A stretch of DNA of 64,000 nt from assembly GCA_965221775.1 (NCBI GenBank), contig CBDCSU010000005.1, positions 992,001 to 1,056,000 on the forward strand. Reading direction: 5' to 3'. The position numbers and the translations under genes are program-made. The notes beneath the pieces were generated by a model, which was not told the origin of the DNA, did not search any database, and worked only from the letters and a program-made list of their open reading frames with translations. Source of the stretch: Candidatus Latescibacterota bacterium (GTDB lineage: Bacteria > Latescibacterota > UBA2968 > UBA8231). This document shows, in pieces, positions 1 through 10,258 of this stretch (position 1 is the stretch's first letter; each line of letters starts with the position of its first letter).

Positions 1-2265
1 GCGAACCTCGACGGGTCCAATGTCGAGGATCTCGTCACTACTGGATTGAGCGAGCCATCGGGACTGGCCTTGGAGATCGCAGGCGCTGAGACCCCCGCTG
101 CCACGCTGTCGCCGGACCCCTCTTCCGTGGAGTTCCTGGACGACGGCACCTGGCACGCCTTTACCGTCCGGGCCGATGGGCCGGTCGAGGTCGTAGCCAA
201 TCCCACCGGCACTACCCCGAGGGTTGAGATCACCGGCATCAGCGGAGATTCCAACCGATGCCCTGCCGTTGCCCAGGACGGGATAACCCGCGAGGACACC
301 GATACCATCTATCTGTCCGGGTGCTCGGCCGGAGGAGCCAAAGTCGAGCTGCGGAGCGCGTCGGACCAGACCCTCCTGCGGACCTACACCTTCACCATCG
401 AGGAGCCGCCCACGGCCACCACGGGACCCGGCATCGCCGCCATCTACTGGACCGACGGCGACAAGATCCAGCGCGCCGATGCCGACGGCGGCAACGTGGA
501 AGACCTCGTCACCTTCGGCTCGCCCCGGAGCCTGGCCCTCGACGTGCTGGAGGGCAAGATCTACTGGTCCGACCAGGACTCCCGCTGGATCTGGCGCGCC
601 AACCTCGACGGATCGGACACCGAGGCGGTCGTCAAGGCCCGCCTGATTCGTCCCGTGGCCATCGCCCTGGACCTGGCGCGAGGTCAGATCTACTGGACCG
701 ACGCCGGATCCAACAAGATCCAGCGGGCCAACCTCGACGGCTCCCGCGTCCAGACCCTGGTCTCCGTCGGCCTGCACAGCCCCGAGGGCATCGCCCTGGA
801 CGTGGACGGGGGCAAGGTCTACTGGTCCGACTACGGCACCAACAAGATCCAGCGGGCCAACCTCGACGGATCCAACGTCGAGGATCTGGTCTCCACCGGA
901 CTGAGAATCCCCGGGGAGCTGGCTCTCGACTTGGCGGCCGGCAAGATCTACTGGACGGACTACGGCACCGACAAGATCCAGCGGGCGGACCTGGACGGAT
1001 CCAACGTCGAAGACCTCGTCACCACGGGACTGAGAATCGCCAAGGGGCTGGCTCTGGATGTGGCCGGGGGCAAGATCTACTGGGCCGATTCGGGGACCGG
1101 CAAGGTCCAGCGGGCCAACCTCGACGGGTCCGAGGTGGAAGACCTCGTCAGCCGCTCGGGCGAGACCCCGGCCAGCCTGGCCTTGGCCAGCCCTATCGCC
1201 TCTCTCTCGCCGAACCTCGCCGCGGTGACGTTGCACCGGTCCGGGACTTGGCGGCGATTCGAGGTGCAGAGCACGGAACCCGTGCTCGTGGTGGCCAACC
1301 CCACCGGAACGCCGGCTCGGGTCCTGGTAGCGACATCCGGTGGCGCCACTAGCGATTGTCCGGCGCAACCGGAGGACACCGTCACCCGCTACGATGGCCA
1401 AGACGTCTACCTAGCCGCTTGCGAGCCGGGGGAGGCGACGGTGGAACTGCGAAGAGCGTCGGATCAAGCCCTCCTGCGAACCTACACCTTCAGGGTCTCT
1501 GCCAAGTCGAAGATGTACTGGGTTGACGCTGGCACGGACAAGATTCAACGGTCAAACCTCGACGGATCCGCTATCGAGGATCTCATCACCACAGGACTGG
1601 GGGCCCCCATCGATATCGCCCTGGATCTGGCCGGAGGGAGGATGTACTGGATGGATCAGGAAACGGACAAGATACAGCGCGCAGACCTCGACGGCTCCAA
1701 TATCCGAGACCTCATCACAACTGGCTTAGGCTATCCCGTTGGATTGGCCCTGGACCTGCGGGCAGGAAAAATGTACTGGACAGACTTGCATACGGACCGC
1801 ATTCAGCGGACAGATCTCGACGGCTCCAACCTTGAAGTACTGGTCACCGGATTGGGGACGCCCAGAGGGCTGGCCTTGAACACTGCAGCAGGTCACATGT
1901 ATTGGGCAGACCAGGATCCCGATGCCATCCATCGCGCCGATCTCGACGGTTCAAACATCGAAGACCTCGTTACTTTCGGATTGGACAACCCAGATAGACT
2001 GGCCTTGGACCTGCTTGGGGACTGGATCTACTGGACGGATAGCAGAGGCGCCAAGGTCCAGCGGGCAAGGCTTGATGGATCCGAGTTCCAGGACCTCGTC
2101 GTAGGCCTAGGTGAACCCAGAGGACTAGCCCTGGATCTGGAAGCTGGAATGATGTACTGGACTGACATCGGGACGGGCAAGATTCAGCGTGCCAGTCTCG
2201 ACGGGTCAAACGTGCAAGACCTCCTTACGGGCTTGCACATCCCAGTGGCTATCGCCCTGGAATAG
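1..2265 (+). CDS. YWTD (LDL-receptor class B) beta-propeller repeat protein, 5'-truncated by the window edge
   Basis: Repeated IYWTD..KIQRANLDGS.VEDLV units. The frame is open from base 1 (ANLDGSNVEDLVTTGL). Two ~100-aa Cys-containing spacer domains separate the propellers. Confidence 0.9.
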   Translation, partial: ANLDGSNVEDLVTTGLSEPSGLALEIAGAETPAATLSPDPSSVEFLDDGTWHAFTVRADGPVEVVANPTGTTPRVEITGISGDSNRCPAVAQDGITREDTDTIYLSGCSAGGAKVELRSASDQTLLRTYTFTIEEPPTATTGPGIAAIYWTDGDKIQRADADGGNVEDLVTFGSPRSLALDVLEGKIYWSDQDSRWIWRANLDGSDTEAVVKARLIRPVAIALDLARGQIYWTDAGSNKIQRANLDGSRVQTLVSVGLHSPEGIALDVDGGKVYWSDYGTNKIQRANLDGSNVEDLVSTGLRIPGELALDLAAGKIYWTDYGTDKIQRADLDGSNVEDLVTTGLRIAKGLALDVAGGKIYWADSGTGKVQRANLDGSEVEDLVSRSGETPASLALASPIASLSPNLAAVTLHRSGTWRRFEVQSTEPVLVVANPTGTPARVLVATSGGATSDCPAQPEDTVTRYDGQDVYLAACEPGEATVELRRASDQALLRTYTFRVSAKSKMYWVDAGTDKIQRSNLDGSAIEDLITTGLGAPIDIALDLAGGRMYWMDQETDKIQRADLDGSNIRDLITTGLGYPVGLALDLRAGKMYWTDLHTDRIQRTDLDGSNLEVLVTGLGTPRGLALNTAAGHMYWADQDPDAIHRADLDGSNIEDLVTFGLDNPDRLALDLLGDWIYWTDSRGAKVQRARLDGSEFQDLVVGLGEPRGLALDLEAGMMYWTDIGTGKIQRASLDGSNVQDLLTGLHIPVAIALE

Positions 2266-2280
2266 CGTCCCTTCCACCCG

Positions 2281-3039
2281 TCATTGGGATGCAAGGTCCG
2301 GGCAGGCGAAGGTCACTTTGCATCCTGCCGCATGCACCGGGACATATGACTCCTCACTGAATCTCCTGACAATGCCCCTCAATCGTCCCGTGGCCTCGCC
2401 ATCCATGGGCGAGTGCAACTCGTCGAAGGTGATGCACACCACATCGGGCTTGATGCCCCTGTCGAACATCGCCCCCAATACCTCGTACTCGGCCCCCTCG
2501 ATATTCAGCTTCACGAAGGATACCGCCCCAAGGCCGAGCCGGCCCAGGATCTCCTCGGGGGAGAGACACTCCGCCTCGAAGTAGTCGCTGGTGTCCTGCA
2601 GGTTGACGATGGAGTGGCTCACGTGGGCCGGGTCCGAGGGCGCGTAGAACCTCTCCGTCCTGCACTCCGACCACACGCCGTAAGGATGGATGAAGAGCCG
2701 CCCTGCGCATTCGCCATCGGCCTCCGCCATGACGCCCGTGCAGTACTCCACGGCCCTCGGCGTCGGGTCGTAGATGTGGACCGTGGCCCCGAGTTCGCTT
2801 GCGAGTTTGACTTCGAAGCTGATGTCCTCGCCGGCGCCGAAGCTCAATCCGGTGCGTCCCCGAACCAGCTCGGCAGGAACGGCGTACCCCCCGTAGGCGG
2901 AGCCCAGGTAGACGACGCCCGGCATCCTTGCCAGCCTGCGAACCCCGATGCGCCTCATGCGCACTCGGCTGCGCAGCGAGCGCAAGGCCTCGCGGACTGC
3001 CTTCGGAAGCACCCGTCTCAGTATGGCTCGTGCGTCCAT
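2281..3039 (-). CDS. FkbM-family SAM-dependent methyltransferase
   Basis: SFGAGEDISFE, YDPTP and KLNIEGAEYEVL motifs. Confidence 0.8.
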   Translation of the reverse strand: MDARAILRRVLPKAVREALRSLRSRVRMRRIGVRRLARMPGVVYLGSAYGGYAVPAELVRGRTGLSFGAGEDISFEVKLASELGATVHIYDPTPRAVEYCTGVMAEADGECAGRLFIHPYGVWSECRTERFYAPSDPAHVSHSIVNLQDTSDYFEAECLSPEEILGRLGLGAVSFVKLNIEGAEYEVLGAMFDRGIKPDVVCITFDELHSPMDGEATGRLRGIVRRFSEESYVPVHAAGCKVTFACPDLASQ

Positions 3040-3048
3040 GTGAGCGCC

Positions 3049-4008
3049 CTACCGCGCCCCTCCCCCCCTGAACCACTCCACCGTCCGCCCCATCCCCTCC
3101 ATCAGCGAGATCCCCGGCCGCCAACCCAGGTCCCCCTCCGCCGCGGCGACGTCCAGCCAGATCCTGGGGATGTCCCCGGGCCGCGGCGGGCCGTGGACCG
3201 CGCCGCCGTGGTCCGGGATCAACTCACATAGCGAGGCATGCAGCTGATTCACCGAAACGGCCGTCCCCGTGCCGAGGTTGTACGGCCCCGGCCGCCCGGA
3301 GCGGTACACCGCCAGCGCTCCTTCCACCAGGTCCGACACGTAGATGTAGTCGCGCACGTCCTCGCCGTCGCCGAAGATCGTCACCTGCCGGCCTGCGAGC
3401 ATGGCCTGCGCGAAGATGGCGATGACCCCGGCCTCTCCATGGGGATCCTGGCGCGGGCCGTAGACGTTGGAGGGCCGCACGATCCCGTAGTCGATTCCAT
3501 GGAGATGGCCGTAGACCCGAAGGTAGGTCTCCACCGCCAGCTTCGAGGCTCCGTAAGGCGACAGAGGTCTCGCGTCCATCGACTCTCGCGCCGGCAGTTC
3601 TTCCTCGCCGAGGTCGCCGTAGATGCCGCCGCCGGTAGAGAAGAAGATGAACCTCGGCCGGGACTTCAGGGCCACCAGGGCCTGCAGCAGGTTCAGCGTG
3701 CCCATCAGGTTGACCCGGGCGTCGAGTTCGGGGTCCCTGGCCGACACGGCCACGCTGACCTGGGCGGCCAGGTGGAAGACCGCCTTGGGAGCGACCTTCG
3801 CCACGATTCCGCCCACGGAGTCGTCGCCGATGTCCGCCTCGATCAGCTCTGCCGACGGATGGAGGTTGGCGGTATTCCCCGTCTCCAGCGAATCGATGAC
3901 GTGGACCCGGTGCCCGGTCTCGATCAGCCGGTCGACGAGGTGGCTGCCGATGAACCCCGCCCCACCTGTCACCAGGACGTTGCCGGGGGATGAGAGGTCG
4001 CCTGCCAT
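3049..4008 (-). CDS. NAD-dependent epimerase/dehydratase (UDP-glucose 4-epimerase-like)
   Basis: VTGGAGFIGSH, YGASK, NVYGPRQ and RDYIYV motifs. Confidence 0.9.
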   Translation of the reverse strand: MAGDLSSPGNVLVTGGAGFIGSHLVDRLIETGHRVHVIDSLETGNTANLHPSAELIEADIGDDSVGGIVAKVAPKAVFHLAAQVSVAVSARDPELDARVNLMGTLNLLQALVALKSRPRFIFFSTGGGIYGDLGEEELPARESMDARPLSPYGASKLAVETYLRVYGHLHGIDYGIVRPSNVYGPRQDPHGEAGVIAIFAQAMLAGRQVTIFGDGEDVRDYIYVSDLVEGALAVYRSGRPGPYNLGTGTAVSVNQLHASLCELIPDHGGAVHGPPRPGDIPRIWLDVAAAEGDLGWRPGISLMEGMGRTVEWFRGGGAR

Positions 4009-4067
4009 GGCGGCTCAACCTAACCCGGCACCTTGTCCTCAGCCAGGGTCCCCGGTAGATTTGGCCC

Positions 4068-5261
4068 ATGGCGAATGTAGTGACGAGCCCCCGTTACTCC
4101 CGCTGGCGCAGCCCTCTCACCGACGAATTTGCGGTCATCGACACGGTACCCGAGCCGGATGTGCTCACCGATGCGCCGTCGCTGGTGCGGCTTCCCGGCG
4201 GCGGCCTCCTGTGTGCCTGCCCCCGTCTCGTGGGCGGCGCCGGTCACCTGCAGGCCACCCTCCAGCGGCTGGGACCCGACACGCTGAGCGTCTATGCGAG
4301 CGCCGATCACGGTGACTCGTGGCAGGAACGCCAGCGGCTCCCCTTTCTCGCGGGACGGCTGTTCCTGCACCATGGGTCGGCCTTCTTCCTGGGCGTGGGT
4401 CCCGAGCGCAAGGGCCTCTGGATCAGCCGTTCCGACGACGGCGGTCGAGGATGGACCGGGCCCGTGCAGTTGTTCGAAGGCTCGTTCTACGCCGCTGCTT
4501 CCGGCATGGCCCTGCGAGACAACCGGCTCTACTGGGCCTTCGGCGCCGTCAATGCCGAAGGCGAGTTCAACCGCAAGGGGTCCCGGCTCGTTGCCGTGGC
4601 GGCAGACCTGTCCGCGGACCTGACCTCGCCGGCGGCGTGGCGCCGCTCCGAGAACCTGGACTATCCCGGCACCCCCGCCGAACTGGTACGGCCCGGGTGG
4701 CCGCGAGAGCGCGACCACTGGCTCGAGCCCAACGTGGTCGACACAGCGGACGGGCTGCGCGTCATCGCGCGCCTGCGGCTCGACGGCTACGCCACCTCGG
4801 GCCTGGCGGCGGTCTGCGATCTCGCCGACGACGGCGAGCACTTGGACCTCCGGTTCTCCCAGTTCTATCCAACACCGGGTGCGCAGAATCACTTCCACAT
4901 CATCCACGACGAGGTGACCTCCCTCTACTGGATGGTCTGCAACCTTCCCACGCGCACCTGGGATACGGACGGCCTGCCGAGGCCACCCGGCTTCCGGGGG
5001 ACACCCGGCAACGAACGGCGATTCCTCATGTTGTTCTACGGCGTCGACGCCCTCAACTGGTTCCCCGCCGGCTGCGTCGCCCAGTGGCCGAGCCCGGCCC
5101 AGGCCTTCAACTACACGACGCCGCTGGTCGACGGACAAGATCTGCTCATCGTTTCGCGCACCTCCCGCAATGGCCGCGACCAGCACGACAACGACCTGAT
5201 CACCTTCCACCGGCTCCCCGACTTCCGTTCCCTGGCCCTGGACCTGTTCCCCGGCCCCTGA
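4068..5261 (+). CDS. BNR/Asp-box sialidase-fold protein
   Basis: Asp-boxes SADHGDSW and SDDGGRGW. Confidence 0.65.
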   Translation: MANVVTSPRYSRWRSPLTDEFAVIDTVPEPDVLTDAPSLVRLPGGGLLCACPRLVGGAGHLQATLQRLGPDTLSVYASADHGDSWQERQRLPFLAGRLFLHHGSAFFLGVGPERKGLWISRSDDGGRGWTGPVQLFEGSFYAAASGMALRDNRLYWAFGAVNAEGEFNRKGSRLVAVAADLSADLTSPAAWRRSENLDYPGTPAELVRPGWPRERDHWLEPNVVDTADGLRVIARLRLDGYATSGLAAVCDLADDGEHLDLRFSQFYPTPGAQNHFHIIHDEVTSLYWMVCNLPTRTWDTDGLPRPPGFRGTPGNERRFLMLFYGVDALNWFPAGCVAQWPSPAQAFNYTTPLVDGQDLLIVSRTSRNGRDQHDNDLITFHRLPDFRSLALDLFPGP

Positions 5262-5288
5262 GCCCCCTCTTCGAGTAGGCGACTCCCC

Positions 5289-7385
5289 ATGCTTCTCCCC
5301 CGGATTCTACCCCTCGCGGGGCTCGCCCTGGCGGCCCTCGTCCAGTGCGGCCAGCCGGCGCCGGAGCCGGAGATGCCGCCGCCCCCGCCCAGGTACACCG
5401 GCGACCTCCCGGTGCTGCAGGAGCGCGGCGTCCTGCGCGTCATCGTCCCCCCCGAGCCGGTGGACCACCTGCCCAGGTACGGCGAACCGGTAACCCTCGA
5501 CTACGACGTCGCCCGCGGGCTGTCCGGGGCGCTCCGGCTGAAGCTGGAACTGGTCAAAGCCCAGAACTTCGCCGAAATGATGACCAAGCTGTTGCAGGGA
5601 GAAGGGGACATCGTCGCCGCCAGCCTGACGATCACGCCCCAGCGGCAGGAGAAGGCCGCCTTCTCCCTGCCCTACCTCCACGTGGACGAGTACCTGGTGA
5701 CGAAGGCGGGAGGCGACCTGCCGGCAGCGGTCGAGGACCTGGCGGGCATGGAGATCGGCGTCCGGCGTTCCAGCTCCCACTACCGGACCCTGCTGGAGAT
5801 CCAGCGGCTGGTGCCGTCCCTGCGCATCCACGAGGCGCCGGAGCAGCTGGGTATGGATCTGCTCGTGGAAGGCGTCGTCCGCGGCGACTACGGGGCCACC
5901 GTTTCCGACGAGCACATCTGGCGCGGCGTGGCGAACCACTACCCCGAGCTGGCCACACCCCTGGTGCTCGCCGAGAACCGCCCCATCGCCCTGATGATGC
6001 GGCCCACCGACACGCAACTGAAGACGAGCGTCGACGACTACCTGCTCGCCCGGCGGTTCAGCCGCCACTCCCAGCAGCCCTTCACCGACGACCTGCCCGG
6101 GCTGAAGGAACGCGGCCGGCTGCGCATGATCACCCGCAACAACCCGATGACCTACTTCATACACCGGGGCCGGCAGGTGGGGTTCGAATACGAGCTGATG
6201 CGGAAGTTCGCCGAGCAGCACGACCTGCGCCTCGACATCGTCATCCCCGACAGCCACGCCGATGTGCTGACCTACCTGGGGGAGGGCAAGGGTGACGTGG
6301 TGGCCGCGGCCATGACCATCACCCCGGAGCGCCGGGCCCTGGCGGCGTTCTCGCCTCCCTACAACGAGGTGGACGAGCTGGTGGTGGTGCGCGCCGGCGT
6401 GGATTCCATCAACAGTCTCCATGACTTGGCCGGACGCACGGTCCACGTGCGCCGGAGCGCTTCCTTCTATACCACCCTGACAGCCCTCCAGGATTCCATC
6501 GACCTGGAGATCGCCCTGGTCTCCGACGCCATGGAGACGGAGGAGATCCTCGCCGGCGTCGAAGAGGGCCTCTACGACATCACCCTGTGCGATTCCAACC
6601 TGCTCGACGTGGAGCTGGCTTACGGACGCCGGCTCAAGGCGGCCTTCAGCATCAAGCCCACCCGCCTGGGATGGGCGGTGCGCAAGGACAACCCGGCCCT
6701 GCTGGCGGCCCTCGACCAGTATGTGAGGGAGGAAAAGGGCGGCCTCTACTTCAACATGATGAAGAAGAGGTACTTCAAGAACCGCCGCACCATCGCCACG
6801 GCCAAGGACTCCCTGCGCGTCGATCTGAGCGGACGCCTGTCACCCTACGACGAGCTGGTGAAGAAGTACGCCCGCCGCTACGGACAGGACTGGCGCATGA
6901 TCATGGCGCAGATGTACCAGGAGTCGAAGTTCGACCCCCGGGCCTCGAGCTGGGTCGGCGCCCTCGGGCTGATGCAGATCATGCCCGAGACCGGGCGCGA
7001 GCTGGGCTTCGACGACCTTCACGACCCCGAGGCCAACATCCACGCCGGCATCAAGTACATGCACCAGCTCGTCGACCGCTTCGATCCCGCCCTCCCCATG
7101 GAGGAACGGGTGCGGCTGGCGCTGGCCTCGTACAACGTCGGCTACGGACACGTCCTCGACGCGCGCCAGCTGGCCCGGGAGAAGGGATGGGACCCCGACC
7201 AGTGGTTCGGCCACGTGGAGCGGGCGATGAAGCTTCTCGCCAGGCCGGCCTACTACAAGCGGGCGCGCTACGGCTTCTGCCGCGGCGGCCAGCCCGTGCA
7301 CTACGTCCGCAACGTGCAGAGCATGTACGACGCCTACGTGGGGATGCTGAGCCTGGCCTGGCCAGGCGGAGATACCCGCATCTGA
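5289..7385 (+). CDS. mltF: MltF-like lytic transglycosylase with two substrate-binding domains
   Basis: Two SBP_bac_3-like repeats (GEGDIVAASLTIT / GKGDVVAAAMTIT). SLT motifs QES, GLMQI and SYNVG. Lipoprotein-like signal. Confidence 0.8.
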   Translation: MLLPRILPLAGLALAALVQCGQPAPEPEMPPPPPRYTGDLPVLQERGVLRVIVPPEPVDHLPRYGEPVTLDYDVARGLSGALRLKLELVKAQNFAEMMTKLLQGEGDIVAASLTITPQRQEKAAFSLPYLHVDEYLVTKAGGDLPAAVEDLAGMEIGVRRSSSHYRTLLEIQRLVPSLRIHEAPEQLGMDLLVEGVVRGDYGATVSDEHIWRGVANHYPELATPLVLAENRPIALMMRPTDTQLKTSVDDYLLARRFSRHSQQPFTDDLPGLKERGRLRMITRNNPMTYFIHRGRQVGFEYELMRKFAEQHDLRLDIVIPDSHADVLTYLGEGKGDVVAAAMTITPERRALAAFSPPYNEVDELVVVRAGVDSINSLHDLAGRTVHVRRSASFYTTLTALQDSIDLEIALVSDAMETEEILAGVEEGLYDITLCDSNLLDVELAYGRRLKAAFSIKPTRLGWAVRKDNPALLAALDQYVREEKGGLYFNMMKKRYFKNRRTIATAKDSLRVDLSGRLSPYDELVKKYARRYGQDWRMIMAQMYQESKFDPRASSWVGALGLMQIMPETGRELGFDDLHDPEANIHAGIKYMHQLVDRFDPALPMEERVRLALASYNVGYGHVLDARQLAREKGWDPDQWFGHVERAMKLLARPAYYKRARYGFCRGGQPVHYVRNVQSMYDAYVGMLSLAWPGGDTRI

Positions 7386-7490
7386 GAGGCACGCTGTGAG
7401 ACGCAACTTGACAGAGAAAACCCTCCCGGCGACCTTGGCAGGAAGTGGCCGTGGCAGCGGCGGGGATGCGCCCCGCAAGAGGTAACCCTC

Positions 7491-8591
7491 GTGCTTACAA
7501 GACTCTACGTCGACAACTTCCGTTGTCTGCAGAACTTCGAGCTCGAGCTCGATCCCGCGAACGTCCTCCTGGGCCGGAACGGCACGGGCAAGACCTCCGT
7601 TTTGAACGTGCTGAGCAAGATCCAGAACCTGGTCGTTCGCGGACTGAAAGTGGAGGCGGTGTTACCCTCCCGGGATATCTCCTTGAACAGGCAACGCAAC
7701 GAACAACGATACGAGATCGAGACCCACCTCGATGACGAGACCTACGGGTACTCGCTCACGGTGCAGCACGACCTTTCTCTTGGCAAGATGCGAGTCTGGG
7801 AAGAGAGGTTGGAGCACGAGGGCCGCCCGATCTTCGAATTCAAGCACGGGGAAGCGCAGCTGTACCACGACGACTACGTGAAGGGGCCCGCCTATCCCTT
7901 TGACTGGGACCAGTCCGGGCTTGGTTCCTTGAACGAAAGGCCCGACAACCAGAAGCTGACCCGGTTCAAGAAGGACCTCGCCAACTGGATCATCGTCAGT
8001 TGCTGCCCGCCGATCATGACACCGGAGACGAGAACCGAAGACGAGTTCCTGGAGCCCTTGATGGAGAACTTCGTCGGCTGGTACCGCCGGGCCGCGCAGG
8101 AGAATATGAGCGGCATCGTTTCGCTCTTCGGGGTTCTTCGTGAAGCGCTTCCGGGCTTCGACTCCATCAATCTGGCTGAATCCGGCGAGAACTCCCGGGC
8201 CCTCAAGGCGATCTTTCGCAGCCCCTCTTCCGAGCTGGTCCGCTATGGTCTCGATCAGCTCTCCGATGGCCAGCGAGCCCTGATCGCCATGTACAGCCTG
8301 ACCCATCTCTCCTCGGACCGCCGCGTATCCCTGTTCATCGACGAGCCCGACAACTACCTCGCCCTCGGCGAAATACAGCCTTGGCTCGCCGAAGCGGAGG
8401 ACCGGGTCGGCGACTCCCTGGGACAGGTCGTCGTCGCATCCCATCACCCCGTGACCATCGACTACATGGCCGGCGCGAGCGGCAGGTGGTTCTCCCGTGA
8501 CGGAGACGGGCCCGTGCGGGTGAGCAAGGAACCGAAGAATGTCGTCGACGGCCTTTCGCTGTCAGAGACCATGGCAAGACGCTGGGAATGA
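7491..8591 (+). CDS. AAA_21/ABC-type ATPase
   Basis: Walker A GRNGTGKT, signature LSDGQR, Walker B FIDEPDNYL, H-loop SHHP. Confidence 0.85.
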   Translation: MLTRLYVDNFRCLQNFELELDPANVLLGRNGTGKTSVLNVLSKIQNLVVRGLKVEAVLPSRDISLNRQRNEQRYEIETHLDDETYGYSLTVQHDLSLGKMRVWEERLEHEGRPIFEFKHGEAQLYHDDYVKGPAYPFDWDQSGLGSLNERPDNQKLTRFKKDLANWIIVSCCPPIMTPETRTEDEFLEPLMENFVGWYRRAAQENMSGIVSLFGVLREALPGFDSINLAESGENSRALKAIFRSPSSELVRYGLDQLSDGQRALIAMYSLTHLSSDRRVSLFIDEPDNYLALGEIQPWLAEAEDRVGDSLGQVVVASHHPVTIDYMAGASGRWFSRDGDGPVRVSKEPKNVVDGLSLSETMARRWE

Positions 8592-9127
8592 GCGCTGAGA
8601 TCGTACTGCTCTGTGAGGATCAGAGCACGAACTCTTTCGTACGTCGATTCCTGCGTCTGCGCGCAGCACGTCTCACCAGTCGCGCCATCCATACGGAGGA
8701 CCTTCCACACGGCTCCCAATCCGGAGAGCAGTGGGTTCGAGAAAAGTACCCTGATCAACTGAGAGCCATTCGCAGCCAACAAGGCGCATGGCTGATCGTC
8801 GTCATCGACGCGGACAGACACACGACGCAGCAGCGGATAGCCCAACTCGATGAGGAATGCAAGGCCCAAGAGGTCCCGCCAAGAACAGATATGGACCCCG
8901 TGATCATCCTCGTTCCGAGGCGGAATATCGAGACTTGGTTCGCCTACCTGGACGGCGAATCGGTAGATGAAACCGAGGACTACAGCGCTTGGCGAACGAA
9001 GCCCCCCCGGCGCTTTGCGGAAGAGCTGTACCGGATGTGCCACAGGGCCCAACAGCTCAGAGAACCCGCACCGCCATCTCTCGAAGAGTCGTGCCGGGAA
9101 TACCACAGACTCCACCTCCAGAGCTGA
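8588..9127 (+). CDS. TOPRIM-like (DUF4276/RloB-like) partner of the ATPase
   Basis: LLCED, VVIDAD and NIETW motifs. ATGA overlap with the upstream ATPase. Confidence 0.6.
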   Translation: MSAEIVLLCEDQSTNSFVRRFLRLRAARLTSRAIHTEDLPHGSQSGEQWVREKYPDQLRAIRSQQGAWLIVVIDADRHTTQQRIAQLDEECKAQEVPPRTDMDPVIILVPRRNIETWFAYLDGESVDETEDYSAWRTKPPRRFAEELYRMCHRAQQLREPAPPSLEESCREYHRLHLQS

Positions 9128-9130
9128 AGC

Positions 9131-9170
9131 CCCCGGCTCTCCGACGAACCCCCTGCGTCGTCAGCCGGGG
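9131..9170. terminator. GC-rich hairpin between convergent genes (possible terminator)
   Basis: ccccggct ... agccgggg stem with an inner gacg/cgtc pairing. No clear U-tract. Confidence 0.35.
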
Positions 9171-9177
9171 CCTCTTC

Positions 9178-9549
9178 TCACTCCTCCGGCGGCGTCTCCG
9201 AGGCGGCGAGGCCCACGATGTTGCCCTCGATGTCCTTGAACCGGGCGTAGGTGACGGCGCCGGGAATGACGGTGGGAGGCTGGATGATCTGGCCGCCAAG
9301 CTCGACGGCCCGATCCAGGGCGCCCTGGATGTCGTCGACCTGCACGTAGATGGTGAGCAGCGAGGCGCCGTCCATGCTCGCGCCGACGCCGCCGCCGATG
9401 CCGTCGCCGGTCTCCTCCGCGCCGACGAGGCCGTAGGGCACGTCCGGGGCCATGGGGGTCAGACTCCAGCCGAAGAGGTCTCGGTAGTACTGCTGCAGCG
9501 CGTCGGCGTCCCTGCCGGTGATCTCGAAGTGCACCACGGGGTTTGGCAT
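9178..9549 (-). CDS. VOC/glyoxalase family protein
   Basis: PVVHFEI, YYRDLFGW, AVELGG and FKDIEGNIVGL motifs. Start is 9549 or 9555 after a GAGGAAGG RBS. Confidence 0.85.
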   Translation of the reverse strand: MPNPVVHFEITGRDADALQQYYRDLFGWSLTPMAPDVPYGLVGAEETGDGIGGGVGASMDGASLLTIYVQVDDIQGALDRAVELGGQIIQPPTVIPGAVTYARFKDIEGNIVGLAASETPPEE

Positions 9550-9625
9550 GACCATCCTTCCTCGGTTTATTGAGATCCTCGATGATGGAAGACGATAGAG
9601 TAGGGAGGCCTCTCGCTTGGCGCAC

Positions 9626-10222
9626 ATGAACGAAATCGTGGACCCCTCCCTGGCCCGGGAGCTGGAACAGGCCGGGCCGGAGGGAAAGGTGGACGTCCTC
9701 TTCGCCTACATGGAGCGCCGGGGGCAGTCCTTCTACGACGAGGCCGTGACCCAGCTGGAGCACGCCCTGCAGTGCGCCCACCAGGCGCGGCTGTCGGGGG
9801 CCGATGGCGTGCGGGTGACGGGCGCCCTGCTCCACGACGTGGGCCACTTCCTGGTGGACGAGGATGACGAGAAGGCCGACTTCCTCACCGAGGACCTGTG
9901 CCACGAAGAGGTGGGAGCGGAGTACCTGAAGCCCTTCTTCATCGACGCCGTGACCGAGGCGGTGGGCCTGCACGTGCCGGCGAAGCGCTACATCTGCACC
10001 GTGGAGCGGGACTACTACGAGACCCTGTCGCGGGCCTCCAAACGGAGCTTCGAGCTGCAGGGCGGCTTCATGTCCGACGCCGAGAGGGCCGCCTTCGAGG
10101 CGAACCCCCACTGGGAATCCGCCGTGCAGCTGAGGAAGTGGGACGACCTGGCCAAGGTGAAGGGCCTGGAGACCCCGGGCCTGGAGAGCTGCCGGGAGGC
10201 CGTGCAGGGATGTCTGAAGTGA
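9626..10222 (+). CDS. HD-domain oxygenase, PhnZ/TmpB-like
   Basis: VTQLEHALQCA, LLHDVGH, HEEVGA, LHVPAKRY, SFELQGG and RKWDDLAK motifs. Confidence 0.8.
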   Translation: MNEIVDPSLARELEQAGPEGKVDVLFAYMERRGQSFYDEAVTQLEHALQCAHQARLSGADGVRVTGALLHDVGHFLVDEDDEKADFLTEDLCHEEVGAEYLKPFFIDAVTEAVGLHVPAKRYICTVERDYYETLSRASKRSFELQGGFMSDAERAAFEANPHWESAVQLRKWDDLAKVKGLETPGLESCREAVQGCLK

Positions 10223-10258
10223 ACGGGCGGGACAGCGCGCCGAGGACGGCCTCGGCGC

